Positions 37,084 to 45,906 of a stretch of 64,000 bases of DNA are shown here, piece after piece (position 1 is the first letter of the stretch; each line of letters starts with the position of its first letter). Source of the stretch: Bythopirellula sp. Its GTDB lineage: Bacteria; Planctomycetota; Planctomycetia; Pirellulales; Lacipirellulaceae. The stretch lies in assembly GCA_965216565.1 (NCBI GenBank), contig OZ244170.1, forward strand, positions 4,800,001-4,864,000, given 5' to 3'. A program made the position numbers and the translations under genes. A model generated the notes under the pieces. That model was given only the letters and a program-made list of their open reading frames with translations. It had not been told where the DNA came from and made no database searches.

Positions 37084-38472
37084 CTACAGCCTTAGTTGTT
37101 CCAGCGGCGACTGCCAAAGCAGCTTCGGACTAAACAAAGCTGCCAACGTGCCGAGAGTTTCCGGCTGCTGGACGATCAGCGGCTCCTGGCCGTCGGCCTC
37201 AGAAAACCTGCGATTACTCAAGAGCAGATTCTGGAAGGCATGCCAACTGCACCGAACGGTTGGATCAGGAGAAGCAGTCGGCTCAAGTCGGGCACTGCGT
37301 CGAGTGAGGACGAATTGCTGAGAGTGTTCTTCCATGCAAAACTCAATCTGCTGCGAAGTGCTGATGCCTGCCTCGCGCGTCCGCTGATGAAAGATTGGAT
37401 ACATGCGTTCCACCCAGCGTTGGGGCGCAAGTAGCTTCATCATGCCGACGCCACCGTTAGCCTCTGAATCCGAATTCCAGCTCCCCCCGGCCGTAACGAG
37501 TAATTCGTGCATTGGATCGGCTGCTGGGGTGTGCAGTGATAGAAAACGATGATCGCGATCAATGGCATCCCGGCACGCGCGTGCCACCAATTGCGATGCG
37601 GCCGCAGGATATCCGGGCAGCGTGAACATTTCGACGATGGCTGCGTCGCGAGTAATTGCATAACCTACAATGTGCGGAGCTTGGCCTGCATGGGGCGCGG
37701 TAGGAGCCTTTCCGCTTCGTTTGACGGCAATCAGGATCTGGTCGTGAGCTTTACGACCGAGTAGCCATTGCCAGGTTTGCTCGCTGCGTTGCAAACTTCC
37801 CCACATGTTCGGGCAAAGCTGGTGGTACAGGCTTCGCAGGCTGTCGGCTTCAAAATGGCGCCAGGAGCGCACTTCCAACGACGAGCGCTTGCGACGCGGG
37901 ATAGCCCATTGGGCATCGAAATGCGAGAGGATGCTATGGGTGCTGGCTTGCGTATGACCTTGCCCTCGACAAACACTCCAGCCCTGCCGCCGGAACCAGT
38001 CGGGTTGGTCCGTTCGCACAAAGCCTACTATGGCACCTTCCCGAGCGGCGGTTTCTTCGGAGACCTTAAGCAAGGACCGGTCGTAGTTTGAACCGCGATA
38101 TTCTGGGAGCGTCACAAAGTCTTGGAACTTAGCAACCGCACAACGTTGCTGTTGGAACCATCCGATGTGTTTCGAGATTTGGACGTGACCAATCAAATCT
38201 CCCGATCGCACCAGCAAGACCCGGTCGCTGGGCTCGTATCCAGGGTCGTCCAGCCGACTTTGAAAATCCTCACCGACGTCCGATTGGTAGGCTTGGATCA
38301 ATAGCTGCAATACTAGCGCATGATCACCTGCATTGCCTGCGACCAGTTGCACACCGTCTCCGAGATCTTGGAGAAGTGTTGAACGTTGCCCCAATAACGC
38401 TGACTCTTTGCCAACGCGCAAGGGTAGGGCGGATGGACGATCAGATTTCCTGATATCCTGCATAGCGGCCAT
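37084..38472 (-). CDS. Eis-like tandem GNAT acetyltransferase
   Basis: FVTLPEYRGSNY motif A, FRRQGW, RSEQTWQW; length and layout resemble Eis (GNAT-GNAT-SCP2). Confidence 0.7.
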   Translation of the reverse strand: MAAMQDIRKSDRPSALPLRVGKESALLGQRSTLLQDLGDGVQLVAGNAGDHALVLQLLIQAYQSDVGEDFQSRLDDPGYEPSDRVLLVRSGDLIGHVQISKHIGWFQQQRCAVAKFQDFVTLPEYRGSNYDRSLLKVSEETAAREGAIVGFVRTDQPDWFRRQGWSVCRGQGHTQASTHSILSHFDAQWAIPRRKRSSLEVRSWRHFEADSLRSLYHQLCPNMWGSLQRSEQTWQWLLGRKAHDQILIAVKRSGKAPTAPHAGQAPHIVGYAITRDAAIVEMFTLPGYPAAASQLVARACRDAIDRDHRFLSLHTPAADPMHELLVTAGGSWNSDSEANGGVGMMKLLAPQRWVERMYPIFHQRTREAGISTSQQIEFCMEEHSQQFVLTRRSARLEPTASPDPTVRCSWHAFQNLLLSNRRFSEADGQEPLIVQQPETLGTLAALFSPKLLWQSPLEQLRL

Positions 38473-38617
38473 CCTTTCCCGCGGCGGGACTTTCAGCAGG
38501 GTTGCTCAAAGTTCCGCTGCCTCTGTTGTGCCGAACTTGCAAACTCATGACCTGACGAAACCGTGCTTATCAATTGCGTGCCAAGCAATGTTGAATCGCA
38601 TTCGTCTGCAGTTGAGG

Positions 38618-40234
38618 TTAAGGGATGGAGGCCGTGAAATCCAGAAGAAAATCTTGAATGGTCAATTGCGGAAATAGGCAAAAGGGATACTCTCGCGACT
38701 CTAACAACCGATCTGCACGTATTCGGTGATCTAATTCTGCCAATTCCTTGACAATTTCTTCACGACGACTGACCGCCAAATCATTCAACTGGCGATTTAT
38801 TTGCTCAATGGCTTTGTGCCTTTGCTCACAATTCTCAGGCGTCTTATCAAGTGTTATCCATTTGCGTTTTTCTGCGGACAATTTGTCAAATTGTCTTTGC
38901 TGGGCTTCGCTGAGTTGGTCGCGGTCAATGGTTACTTCTGGGTGATAGCGTAAGTTGCGCAGTTCCTGTCGCGTCTCGCGGTAGTACCCCGGACTCGCTT
39001 TGGAATGGGCAATTGGCAAACGCAACGTGCCCGTAATCGTCGCGTGCGTCGGGGGACGAATGCCAAAAAATTCTGAACAGATTTCGTCCGTTACCTGATC
39101 GTACTTTGCGCCGCCAATCCCATGAATGAAGATATCGGACAAGAATAGACGAGCAAACATCGTCGTCGTCAGGGCCCGTGTACGGAGCTTGATTCCTTCG
39201 TTTTCTAGAGCCTGGAGTTGATGGAGTCCCTTCTCTGTAGATCCAGTTAGAATATTCTCTAGCCTTGTGTGAAAATCTGCTCGGTCGGTCAGTTTCAATC
39301 CGCCGTCACTCTGAGAAACATACAGGGGCCGCCGCGTGGGAGATTCACTCGACCAGACCCACAAAGGCGATTCGATCCACCCCTCTTCTTCACTGAGATC
39401 GGGCACCGGCTGTGCCTGATTGCGCAGACGGTGCTCGTTTCGATACTCGGCGAGAGCTCGATTGTAGATCGTGCGAAAGGCTTCCGCATTGCTGAGTAAG
39501 TGAAGCACAAATCGATGGAAAGTCTCCGAGCGACAGACGTGGCTGTAGGGGACTTCCCAGGTTTCGTTGCCCCACGAAAGCTCCAGCAAATGACGAGCCT
39601 GCGAAAGCGTTTCGCCTAGGTTACGGTTTACACCGAGCCGAAGTACTTCGGGCCACCACTCCTGTAACAGTGGGCTGGAAATTAGCGGAGCGATCGTTCT
39701 AGTAGCAGCTTTGCCAAAAGAGTTCCACGTCTCCGGATTGTTGATGAGCCGTTCTTCGTAGGGCACTGTGCGACTAGATTTGTCCCAAGGGACATTGACC
39801 AGACGCGGGTCGTCCGCCGTGCCTGTAGGCACAGGCATGGCAGTGGCACGGCACAAATCGCTATCGATAACGATATTGATGGCAGACCCAGCGACTCGCT
39901 TGGCAAGCCTTCCAGCGGCAAAATTCTTGAGCCAGACGCCCGGATGATGCAATCCAGGCTGATGCCCGGTAACAACTAGCGGACCTGCAAGAGCTCGCTG
40001 CTGCGATGTATCAGAGTAAGTGCCTGTGTAAGTCTTGGCAGCGGAGACCAAGAACTTTCGTGCCTCTTCCCGCATTGCCGCCAAAGACTTACCGCCAATT
40101 GATAAATCACAATCAGCCAGCTCAGAACGGTTCTGTTCAATTTGTTGGGGGAGCGAATTCCAAGAAGGGTCGCAGAGCACTTGGCCATCGCCTGCGGGAG
40201 CACGATACCGGCGATACCGGATCGATTTGTTCAT
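38618..40234 (-). CDS. Hypothetical protein resembling BshC-type ligases
   Basis: VVTGHQPGL..PG...K, FIHGIGGAKYD, C-terminal coiled coil and SRE motif; 538 aa; ATGA-coupled to the GT2 gene. Confidence 0.6.
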   Translation of the reverse strand: MNKSIRYRRYRAPAGDGQVLCDPSWNSLPQQIEQNRSELADCDLSIGGKSLAAMREEARKFLVSAAKTYTGTYSDTSQQRALAGPLVVTGHQPGLHHPGVWLKNFAAGRLAKRVAGSAINIVIDSDLCRATAMPVPTGTADDPRLVNVPWDKSSRTVPYEERLINNPETWNSFGKAATRTIAPLISSPLLQEWWPEVLRLGVNRNLGETLSQARHLLELSWGNETWEVPYSHVCRSETFHRFVLHLLSNAEAFRTIYNRALAEYRNEHRLRNQAQPVPDLSEEEGWIESPLWVWSSESPTRRPLYVSQSDGGLKLTDRADFHTRLENILTGSTEKGLHQLQALENEGIKLRTRALTTTMFARLFLSDIFIHGIGGAKYDQVTDEICSEFFGIRPPTHATITGTLRLPIAHSKASPGYYRETRQELRNLRYHPEVTIDRDQLSEAQQRQFDKLSAEKRKWITLDKTPENCEQRHKAIEQINRQLNDLAVSRREEIVKELAELDHRIRADRLLESREYPFCLFPQLTIQDFLLDFTASIP

Positions 40235-41028
40235 GAAGTAGATCCCAACTCGCTACCGCACAATGGTTCCGGCAGGTCTTCTACCTCGGCGAGGTCTGCG
40301 ACAGCAATGGCGCGATCGATGACGTCTCGATAATAATTCAGCCGAATATCAGCAGCATCCAGAGTGCCACCGAAGCTGCGATCTTCATCCAAGTAGATTA
40401 GTGGCACAGCCGCTTCTTCGACGCAGAGCCCGTGCTTGGCAGCTTGGACCCACAGCTCAAGCGGCATGGCATAGCCAGTCTCTTGCAATTCCAGCTTGGC
40501 CAGTGCGCTGGTGCGATAGGCCTTAAGCCCACAGAAGGCGTCCGTTAAATTCATTCCCAATCGTCGATTGAGCTGCTCGGTAACCATCTGATTGATGCGT
40601 CGTCGATCGGCTGGCACTTTTCCTTCGCGATCTTCAAACTTGTTCAAATAGCGGCTGCCAGAGACAATATCCGCCTCGTTGCATCTCATTGCCAGTTTTG
40701 AGATCAGCTGAGGTTCGTGCTGGCCATCGCAATCGATCGTGACCAACACATCGTAGCGATGCACAATTGCAAAATCGAAAGCAGTTTGCAGGGCCGCTCC
40801 ATAGCCTCGGTTTTCTGGGTGGACGACGATGTTCAGATCATCTCGACCCGCCAGATATTCGCGAGTGCAGTCCGTAGACCCATCGTCCACAACCAGCACA
40901 TCGGTCGCATACTTCACGACTTCGTCGAGAACCTCGGTGACATGGTTACATTCGTTAAAAACGGGGAGAGCCGTTAGATAACGGGGAATCTCCATGTCCA
41001 AAGACGGGTCACGATTCGAAGAATTCAT
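40231..41028 (-). CDS. GT2 glycosyltransferase (DPM/PPM-synthase-like)
   Basis: LPVFNE, VVDDGSTD, NRGYG, IDCDGQH, GSRY and TDAFCG motifs. Confidence 0.92.
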   Translation of the reverse strand: MNSSNRDPSLDMEIPRYLTALPVFNECNHVTEVLDEVVKYATDVLVVDDGSTDCTREYLAGRDDLNIVVHPENRGYGAALQTAFDFAIVHRYDVLVTIDCDGQHEPQLISKLAMRCNEADIVSGSRYLNKFEDREGKVPADRRRINQMVTEQLNRRLGMNLTDAFCGLKAYRTSALAKLELQETGYAMPLELWVQAAKHGLCVEEAAVPLIYLDEDRSFGGTLDAADIRLNYYRDVIDRAIAVADLAEVEDLPEPLCGSELGSTS

Positions 41029-41141
41029 CTCGTTCCTACGTTAAACTCATGTAACAATCACAATACGTCATCGTGCAACACCCCATTTTAGATCGCCCCC
41101 CCTAAGGGTCAACTCAGCCTAATAAGGCAGCGTGGAACTGC

Positions 41142-41933
41142 TTAGATGGTTCGCAGAGGGTCTTTTTCTTGCTGACTGGCCCAAGCTTCGATGCCTGGAA
41201 CTTGCTCGCAGAGGTAGTCGGCCAGAGAGAGAAGTGCGAAACGTTCGCTAGCAAAATGGCCAGGTAAGACTAGCCCTACGCCGCGGGCTTCAGCTTCTAG
41301 ACACCCATGGAAAGTGATCTCTCCCGTCACCAGACAGTCACAATCACGATCGATGGCTGATTGTAGAAAACTTCCACCGCTACCACAGGCAATGGCCACT
41401 GAATCGACGATTTGATCGTCGCTACCAACAACTCGCACTACATCGATGTCTAGGAATGACTTGACTCGCTCGGCCAATTCTAACAACGTCACTCCGCCTG
41501 TTGATCCAATGCGTCCCGAGCCAACGTCTAGTTCTTCGCTGGAAGGCAAGGGCACCAACGGTTCGATTTGCTGCAGGCCGAAACCGATGGCCAAGTGTTG
41601 ATTGATCCCAGCTTGTGCCGAGTCGAATGCCGTGTGCGGACTATACACGGCAATCTTTGCAGAGATCAAATCCAGCAGTAATCCACCAGCGGTAGTTTCG
41701 GGGGTGATGGACTTCAGGGGTTGAAAGGGCAGGGGATGATGCGACACGATCATGTCGGCGCGTTTTTCAATCGCTTCGGCCACAGTAGTAGGCGTGATGG
41801 TCAAACACGTTAGGACCTTCTCGACACTCCACTTTCCGCTCCCAACGAGCAAGCCAACATTGTCCCATTCCTCAGCAAGCGCCGCAGGGGCGAAGCTTTG
41901 CATACTTTCAACGATATTTGAGACGGTTGCCAT
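41142..41933 (-). CDS. Nif3/DUF34 dinuclear metal-centre protein
   Basis: AEEWDNVGL, SHHP, HTAFD, ACGSG, TGE and GHFASE motifs. Confidence 0.93.
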   Translation of the reverse strand: MATVSNIVESMQSFAPAALAEEWDNVGLLVGSGKWSVEKVLTCLTITPTTVAEAIEKRADMIVSHHPLPFQPLKSITPETTAGGLLLDLISAKIAVYSPHTAFDSAQAGINQHLAIGFGLQQIEPLVPLPSSEELDVGSGRIGSTGGVTLLELAERVKSFLDIDVVRVVGSDDQIVDSVAIACGSGGSFLQSAIDRDCDCLVTGEITFHGCLEAEARGVGLVLPGHFASERFALLSLADYLCEQVPGIEAWASQQEKDPLRTI

Positions 41934-42110
41934 TGAGGAGTTTTCTACCGCGAGAGTCACTTATGGGAATCGAATCCATCATCCTAACGGCTGACATTTC
42001 TTACGACAAGAACCGCTAGAAGTGAGCGGCTGATGGGGGTTCCATTACAAATCGCGTATTCACGGCTAGTCGCGTTTGCCTACATTCGGCCTTAGAACTT
42101 CTCACGTGCC

Positions 42111-44741
42111 CTATTGTTCGACAATTGTCCGATAGTTGAGCACGCGATTGCCGCCCTGTTCTTCGACGCGGAGCCAGAGCTCTTGTCCAACTAAACTCTG
42201 AGCATCCGGATACCGGTAGGTCTTGATATCGACACTACTCGTCAGGCGAAAAACGTGCATCCGCTGACGCCGACGGCCCGATGCATACAGCAGGCACTTG
42301 AAGTCGACAGGCTCGGCGCCGTGATTGACCATCCGCTGCTCCACGACCAAACCTCCGTTTTCTTCCATTCGCGTATGTAACTCGAGTTCGATGTTCCTAT
42401 CGCCCACAGTGACTTCGCGATAGACGCTAAACTTGTATTGGCGATCGGCTGCCAATTCGAAATCTGCCCGTAGCGGAGCAATGCCGCTTACCGCATTGAA
42501 AGGCAACATGATTTGAAACGGACGCTTGGCTTTTTCCCCAGCACCTAATTTGAAATCAACTTTAGTGGGGAGTATCTGCCAGCCCTCAGGGCCAACAATT
42601 CGCACGTTGCCACCCGCACCTTGTGGGTAGGTATTAGTGATTTCAAGATCATTCGGATGACTGGAACCGAAAACGCTAGGAATGTTTGGATTGAGGATGT
42701 GGGCTGCCATTCGCCAACGTGCCACGTGGGAATTCAGCCCAACAATAAATTGGGGCAAGTTGGCTACCTGGATGACTTGGCGGTGTCCTTCTTGGCGAAG
42801 CTCTCGCTTGCGGCCCCAAACGTCGACAAGTTCCACATCGTCGCCAAGGTAGATCTTTTCGGTGGTCGCCGATCGATTCCATAAAGCCATGATCACTTGA
42901 CCATCGTCCGATTCAAAGATGCGATTTTCGCTCCCCGCGGGCATTCGAACTTGCCCAAGGTAACGAGCGCCGCTCAAAAGAGCTGAGGTGGTCCGCCAGG
43001 GCAGCAGCAATTCACCGGGAGTTCCTTCGTCGGTCATGATCCCGCGAAGGTCATCAAACGGTCTGTCAATGAAGATGCCTTCGGCGCCATGAATCTTGGC
43101 AGCAATCATCTGCTCCACTAAATCCCGGGTCCGCGTTTCGAGCGTGTAATGATCTCGATCTAGTGGATCGACCAAGATCCACCGTGCCAGATTCCTGCGA
43201 CGTGGCATTCGCATGTAGTTCTCGATCTCGGCACCCGTGAAGGAGGGGCTCACCGAGTATTGTTGGAATTCCCAGGAGGGACGTGCCTCCGAGGTAGTGT
43301 ATTTGGTCCAAGGCCAACCAATACCCAAGCTGATATCCTGCCCAAACCGGAACATATATCCGCGTAGCTTTTCGATTTCTGCCTCAAGCTCGGGAAAATC
43401 GGAGAAGCTGGTATCGTCGTCCACGCCCAATTGCCACCAGCGGACGCGTAGGGACAGCCTGGTTAACACCTCGTCGAGCGAAGGCAACCAAGTAGAGGGA
43501 TCTTCGCCCGTTAGCAAATCTGCGATTGTGATATCCGCGGGAAGCTCCCGCCCAAAATCTATATCTTCCGGAGGTCGGTCCAAAACGCCGACCACATCGA
43601 TATCCTTAGCAGCCAACTTTTCGGTGAACTCAACCAATTGTTCGCCACGCTCGGGCTCCGACTCGCCATACCACACCGGTAGCTTCACCCAATTAACGGC
43701 AACGCGGGGCAGCAGCTTTTCTAGGTTGTTAAACGATATGGGAAGCTCGTCCCCGGCTAGCGACCAACCGAATTCGCCCTGGCTCTTGTGAGCCAGCGGA
43801 GGAACGACGGCGATCGAAATCACGTGGGCCTTCAGCGTGCCTCGCGCCGTTTGCATGGAAACACGCACGCGGTAGAACCCAGATCCCTTGATAGGTGGTC
43901 GCCAATGAGTACTACCAGCGTATCCCTTAGGGCGTTCTTTCGATTCGTTGATAATGTCGGAAGCTTTACTCAATCGTTCGGTGATTAACCGCCCGTCGAG
44001 TTGCACGGTATCGTCGTCGAGTCGTCCGCTACTGGCATCGAGTAGTTCGAAGCGAATATCTGGATCTTGCTCTAGAATGCCTGACAGATCGCAAGTGACC
44101 ACCACATGTTTGGGGTCGGTATAAACATTGAACGGACTATTGGTTCGAACGGCCATACGTGGCAAGCGGGCAAACCAGATATCGTCCAACGAGACTTTGC
44201 CCGTCAAGTCAACTTCTTCGCCCTCTTCCACAACGAGTGCAATCTGCGCCAGACGCACGCCTGGTTTCGTGATGCTGACTGGGCCGATCCGCAGGTTGGT
44301 CCATTTGCCTGTATTGCCATACCAATCGCTCTTGTACGACTGCAGGACATTCCGCTCTGGGCTATCGTCGCAAAAGTCTATCCGCAACTGGGCCCGACTG
44401 CCGTTGAGATTTTCGGTCTTGAGCCGAGCATCGACCACGTAGCTAAACTTGTCGGTGACCCCCACCGTCGGGCTTGTGAGGAGTGCCCCGCCGCCATTCA
44501 GGTCGACTCTTAAGCATCGACCTTCGACGGCTTGGTGATCGTCGACCAGTTGCACTTCCACATAGTGGGGCTTGCCAGGACCAATTTCCCGACGCCATTG
44601 GTCGGGCCAGAGATCGTAATTGACGTCCCGCTCCGGACCAAAGCTGTAACTAAAGATCTCGACAGCATCGACATGCCGATTCTCACTGGCGGGAGCCGCC
44701 AGAACAGATAGAATCATCAGCAACGAGGGCAGGGAGATCAT
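42111..44741 (-). CDS. Large exported multidomain hypothetical protein (CBM-like N-terminus, possible GH-like barrel, Ig/NEW3-like C-terminus)
   Basis: 876-aa ORF with signal peptide; beta-rich termini; PEGWQILP motif. Domain calls are tentative. Confidence 0.6.
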   Translation of the reverse strand: MISLPSLLMILSVLAAPASENRHVDAVEIFSYSFGPERDVNYDLWPDQWRREIGPGKPHYVEVQLVDDHQAVEGRCLRVDLNGGGALLTSPTVGVTDKFSYVVDARLKTENLNGSRAQLRIDFCDDSPERNVLQSYKSDWYGNTGKWTNLRIGPVSITKPGVRLAQIALVVEEGEEVDLTGKVSLDDIWFARLPRMAVRTNSPFNVYTDPKHVVVTCDLSGILEQDPDIRFELLDASSGRLDDDTVQLDGRLITERLSKASDIINESKERPKGYAGSTHWRPPIKGSGFYRVRVSMQTARGTLKAHVISIAVVPPLAHKSQGEFGWSLAGDELPISFNNLEKLLPRVAVNWVKLPVWYGESEPERGEQLVEFTEKLAAKDIDVVGVLDRPPEDIDFGRELPADITIADLLTGEDPSTWLPSLDEVLTRLSLRVRWWQLGVDDDTSFSDFPELEAEIEKLRGYMFRFGQDISLGIGWPWTKYTTSEARPSWEFQQYSVSPSFTGAEIENYMRMPRRRNLARWILVDPLDRDHYTLETRTRDLVEQMIAAKIHGAEGIFIDRPFDDLRGIMTDEGTPGELLLPWRTTSALLSGARYLGQVRMPAGSENRIFESDDGQVIMALWNRSATTEKIYLGDDVELVDVWGRKRELRQEGHRQVIQVANLPQFIVGLNSHVARWRMAAHILNPNIPSVFGSSHPNDLEITNTYPQGAGGNVRIVGPEGWQILPTKVDFKLGAGEKAKRPFQIMLPFNAVSGIAPLRADFELAADRQYKFSVYREVTVGDRNIELELHTRMEENGGLVVEQRMVNHGAEPVDFKCLLYASGRRRQRMHVFRLTSSVDIKTYRYPDAQSLVGQELWLRVEEQGGNRVLNYRTIVEQ

Positions 44742-44811
44742 TGAGCTTTAGGCGAGGGAATGGCTGCAGGGAACGCTATTCCTAGCAGCATTGGGAAGGG
44801 GAATTTAGTTC

Positions 44812-45594
44812 GTGGTAGGATTTCGGATCGCGGCGCAGTTAACAGGCTTTGCGCAACCCTTCAAGAAAGCATTGCACACCGTCGCGCAAGTGGGGTGCGA
44901 TGGGGTGCAAATTGATGCCCGAACAGACCTGCGTCCGGCGGAGTTATCGGAAACTGGGCTTCGACAACTGCGGAAGATGCTGGATGATCTGAATATGCGG
45001 GTTGGATCCGTGGCCTTCCTCACCCGCCGTGGACTCTCTAGCAGCGAGCAACTCCAAGAGCGGGTGGACGCCACCATCGGTGCGATGCGCTTCGCTTCAG
45101 ACCTGGGAGCCCGCATTCTTGTCTGCACCCTGGGTTCGCTCCCTGAATCTGAAGCCGCCTCAGAACGTATCGTCTTGGACGACGTGCTGCAAACTCTAGC
45201 TAGCCATTCGCATCGGCTAGGGGTTCGGTTGGCAGCCCAAGCGGCAAGTGTTTCCCCTAGCGTGTTGCGCGACTTTGTCGATTCGCTTCCGGAAGGAACT
45301 CTGGGGCTCGATCTACACCCTGGTCAGCTCCTAGCGCACGGAAACTCGCCGCGTGAGTTTGTCGAAGTGGCGGGCAAATACATTAGTCATCTGCATGCGG
45401 TCGATGCGGTGCGTGACTTATCGACTGGCTCCAGCGACGAAGTTCAACTCGGACGAGGAACGGTCGACTTTCCCGAGATACTAGGCATGCTTGAAGAACA
45501 TGGCTATCGCGAATGGCTCACGCTCGAACGCCGCCACGCCACGCAGCCGGTCGAAGAAATGCAGTGTGCGGTGCAGTATCTACGATCGCTGTAA
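44812..45594 (+). CDS. Sugar phosphate isomerase/epimerase (AP_endonuc_2 TIM barrel)
   Basis: GCDGVQID, HLHAVD, LGRGTVDF and WLTLER motifs. Confidence 0.88.
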   Translation: MVGFRIAAQLTGFAQPFKKALHTVAQVGCDGVQIDARTDLRPAELSETGLRQLRKMLDDLNMRVGSVAFLTRRGLSSSEQLQERVDATIGAMRFASDLGARILVCTLGSLPESEAASERIVLDDVLQTLASHSHRLGVRLAAQAASVSPSVLRDFVDSLPEGTLGLDLHPGQLLAHGNSPREFVEVAGKYISHLHAVDAVRDLSTGSSDEVQLGRGTVDFPEILGMLEEHGYREWLTLERRHATQPVEEMQCAVQYLRSL

Positions 45595-45635
45595 GAGTTC
45601 CGCGGGCGAGGACGCCGCGGCTCTCGCTGAGAAAC

Positions 45636-45848
45636 CCCCTCACCCCAGCCCTCTCCCCTGTCGACGATGGGTTTCGAGTAGATTCGGTGGGGAAAGTTCA
45701 ATCGAAGTTCGGGGGAGAGGGGGCAACGTGCGCTTCACTTGTAAGCAAGCGAAGCGCCCAAGGCTCCCTCTCCCCGACCCAAGTACAAACAAGTTTTCAT
45801 TTAAAGCGTTACTAAGTATTCCCTAGGGGAGAGGGCTGGGGTGAGGGG
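45636..45848. repeat. 213-bp nested palindromic element with perfect 24-bp terminal inverted repeats (MITE/REP-like)
   Basis: CCCCTCACCCCAGCCCTCTCCCCT (45636-45659) is the exact reverse complement of 45825-45848; inner stems 45709-45724/45763-45777 and 45730-45741/45746-45757. Confidence 0.85.
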
Positions 45849-45906
45849 ATTTCAAAATTAGCCAGAGTTTCGGCTGCGAACAAATATTGCTTCAGCGTAC
45901 CTACGC

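Noticed and set aside
45491..45826. Small ORFs across the palindromic element (PPHPSPLP / PLTPALSP peptides)
   Set aside because: These are translations of the repeat itself, with no RBS or coding signal
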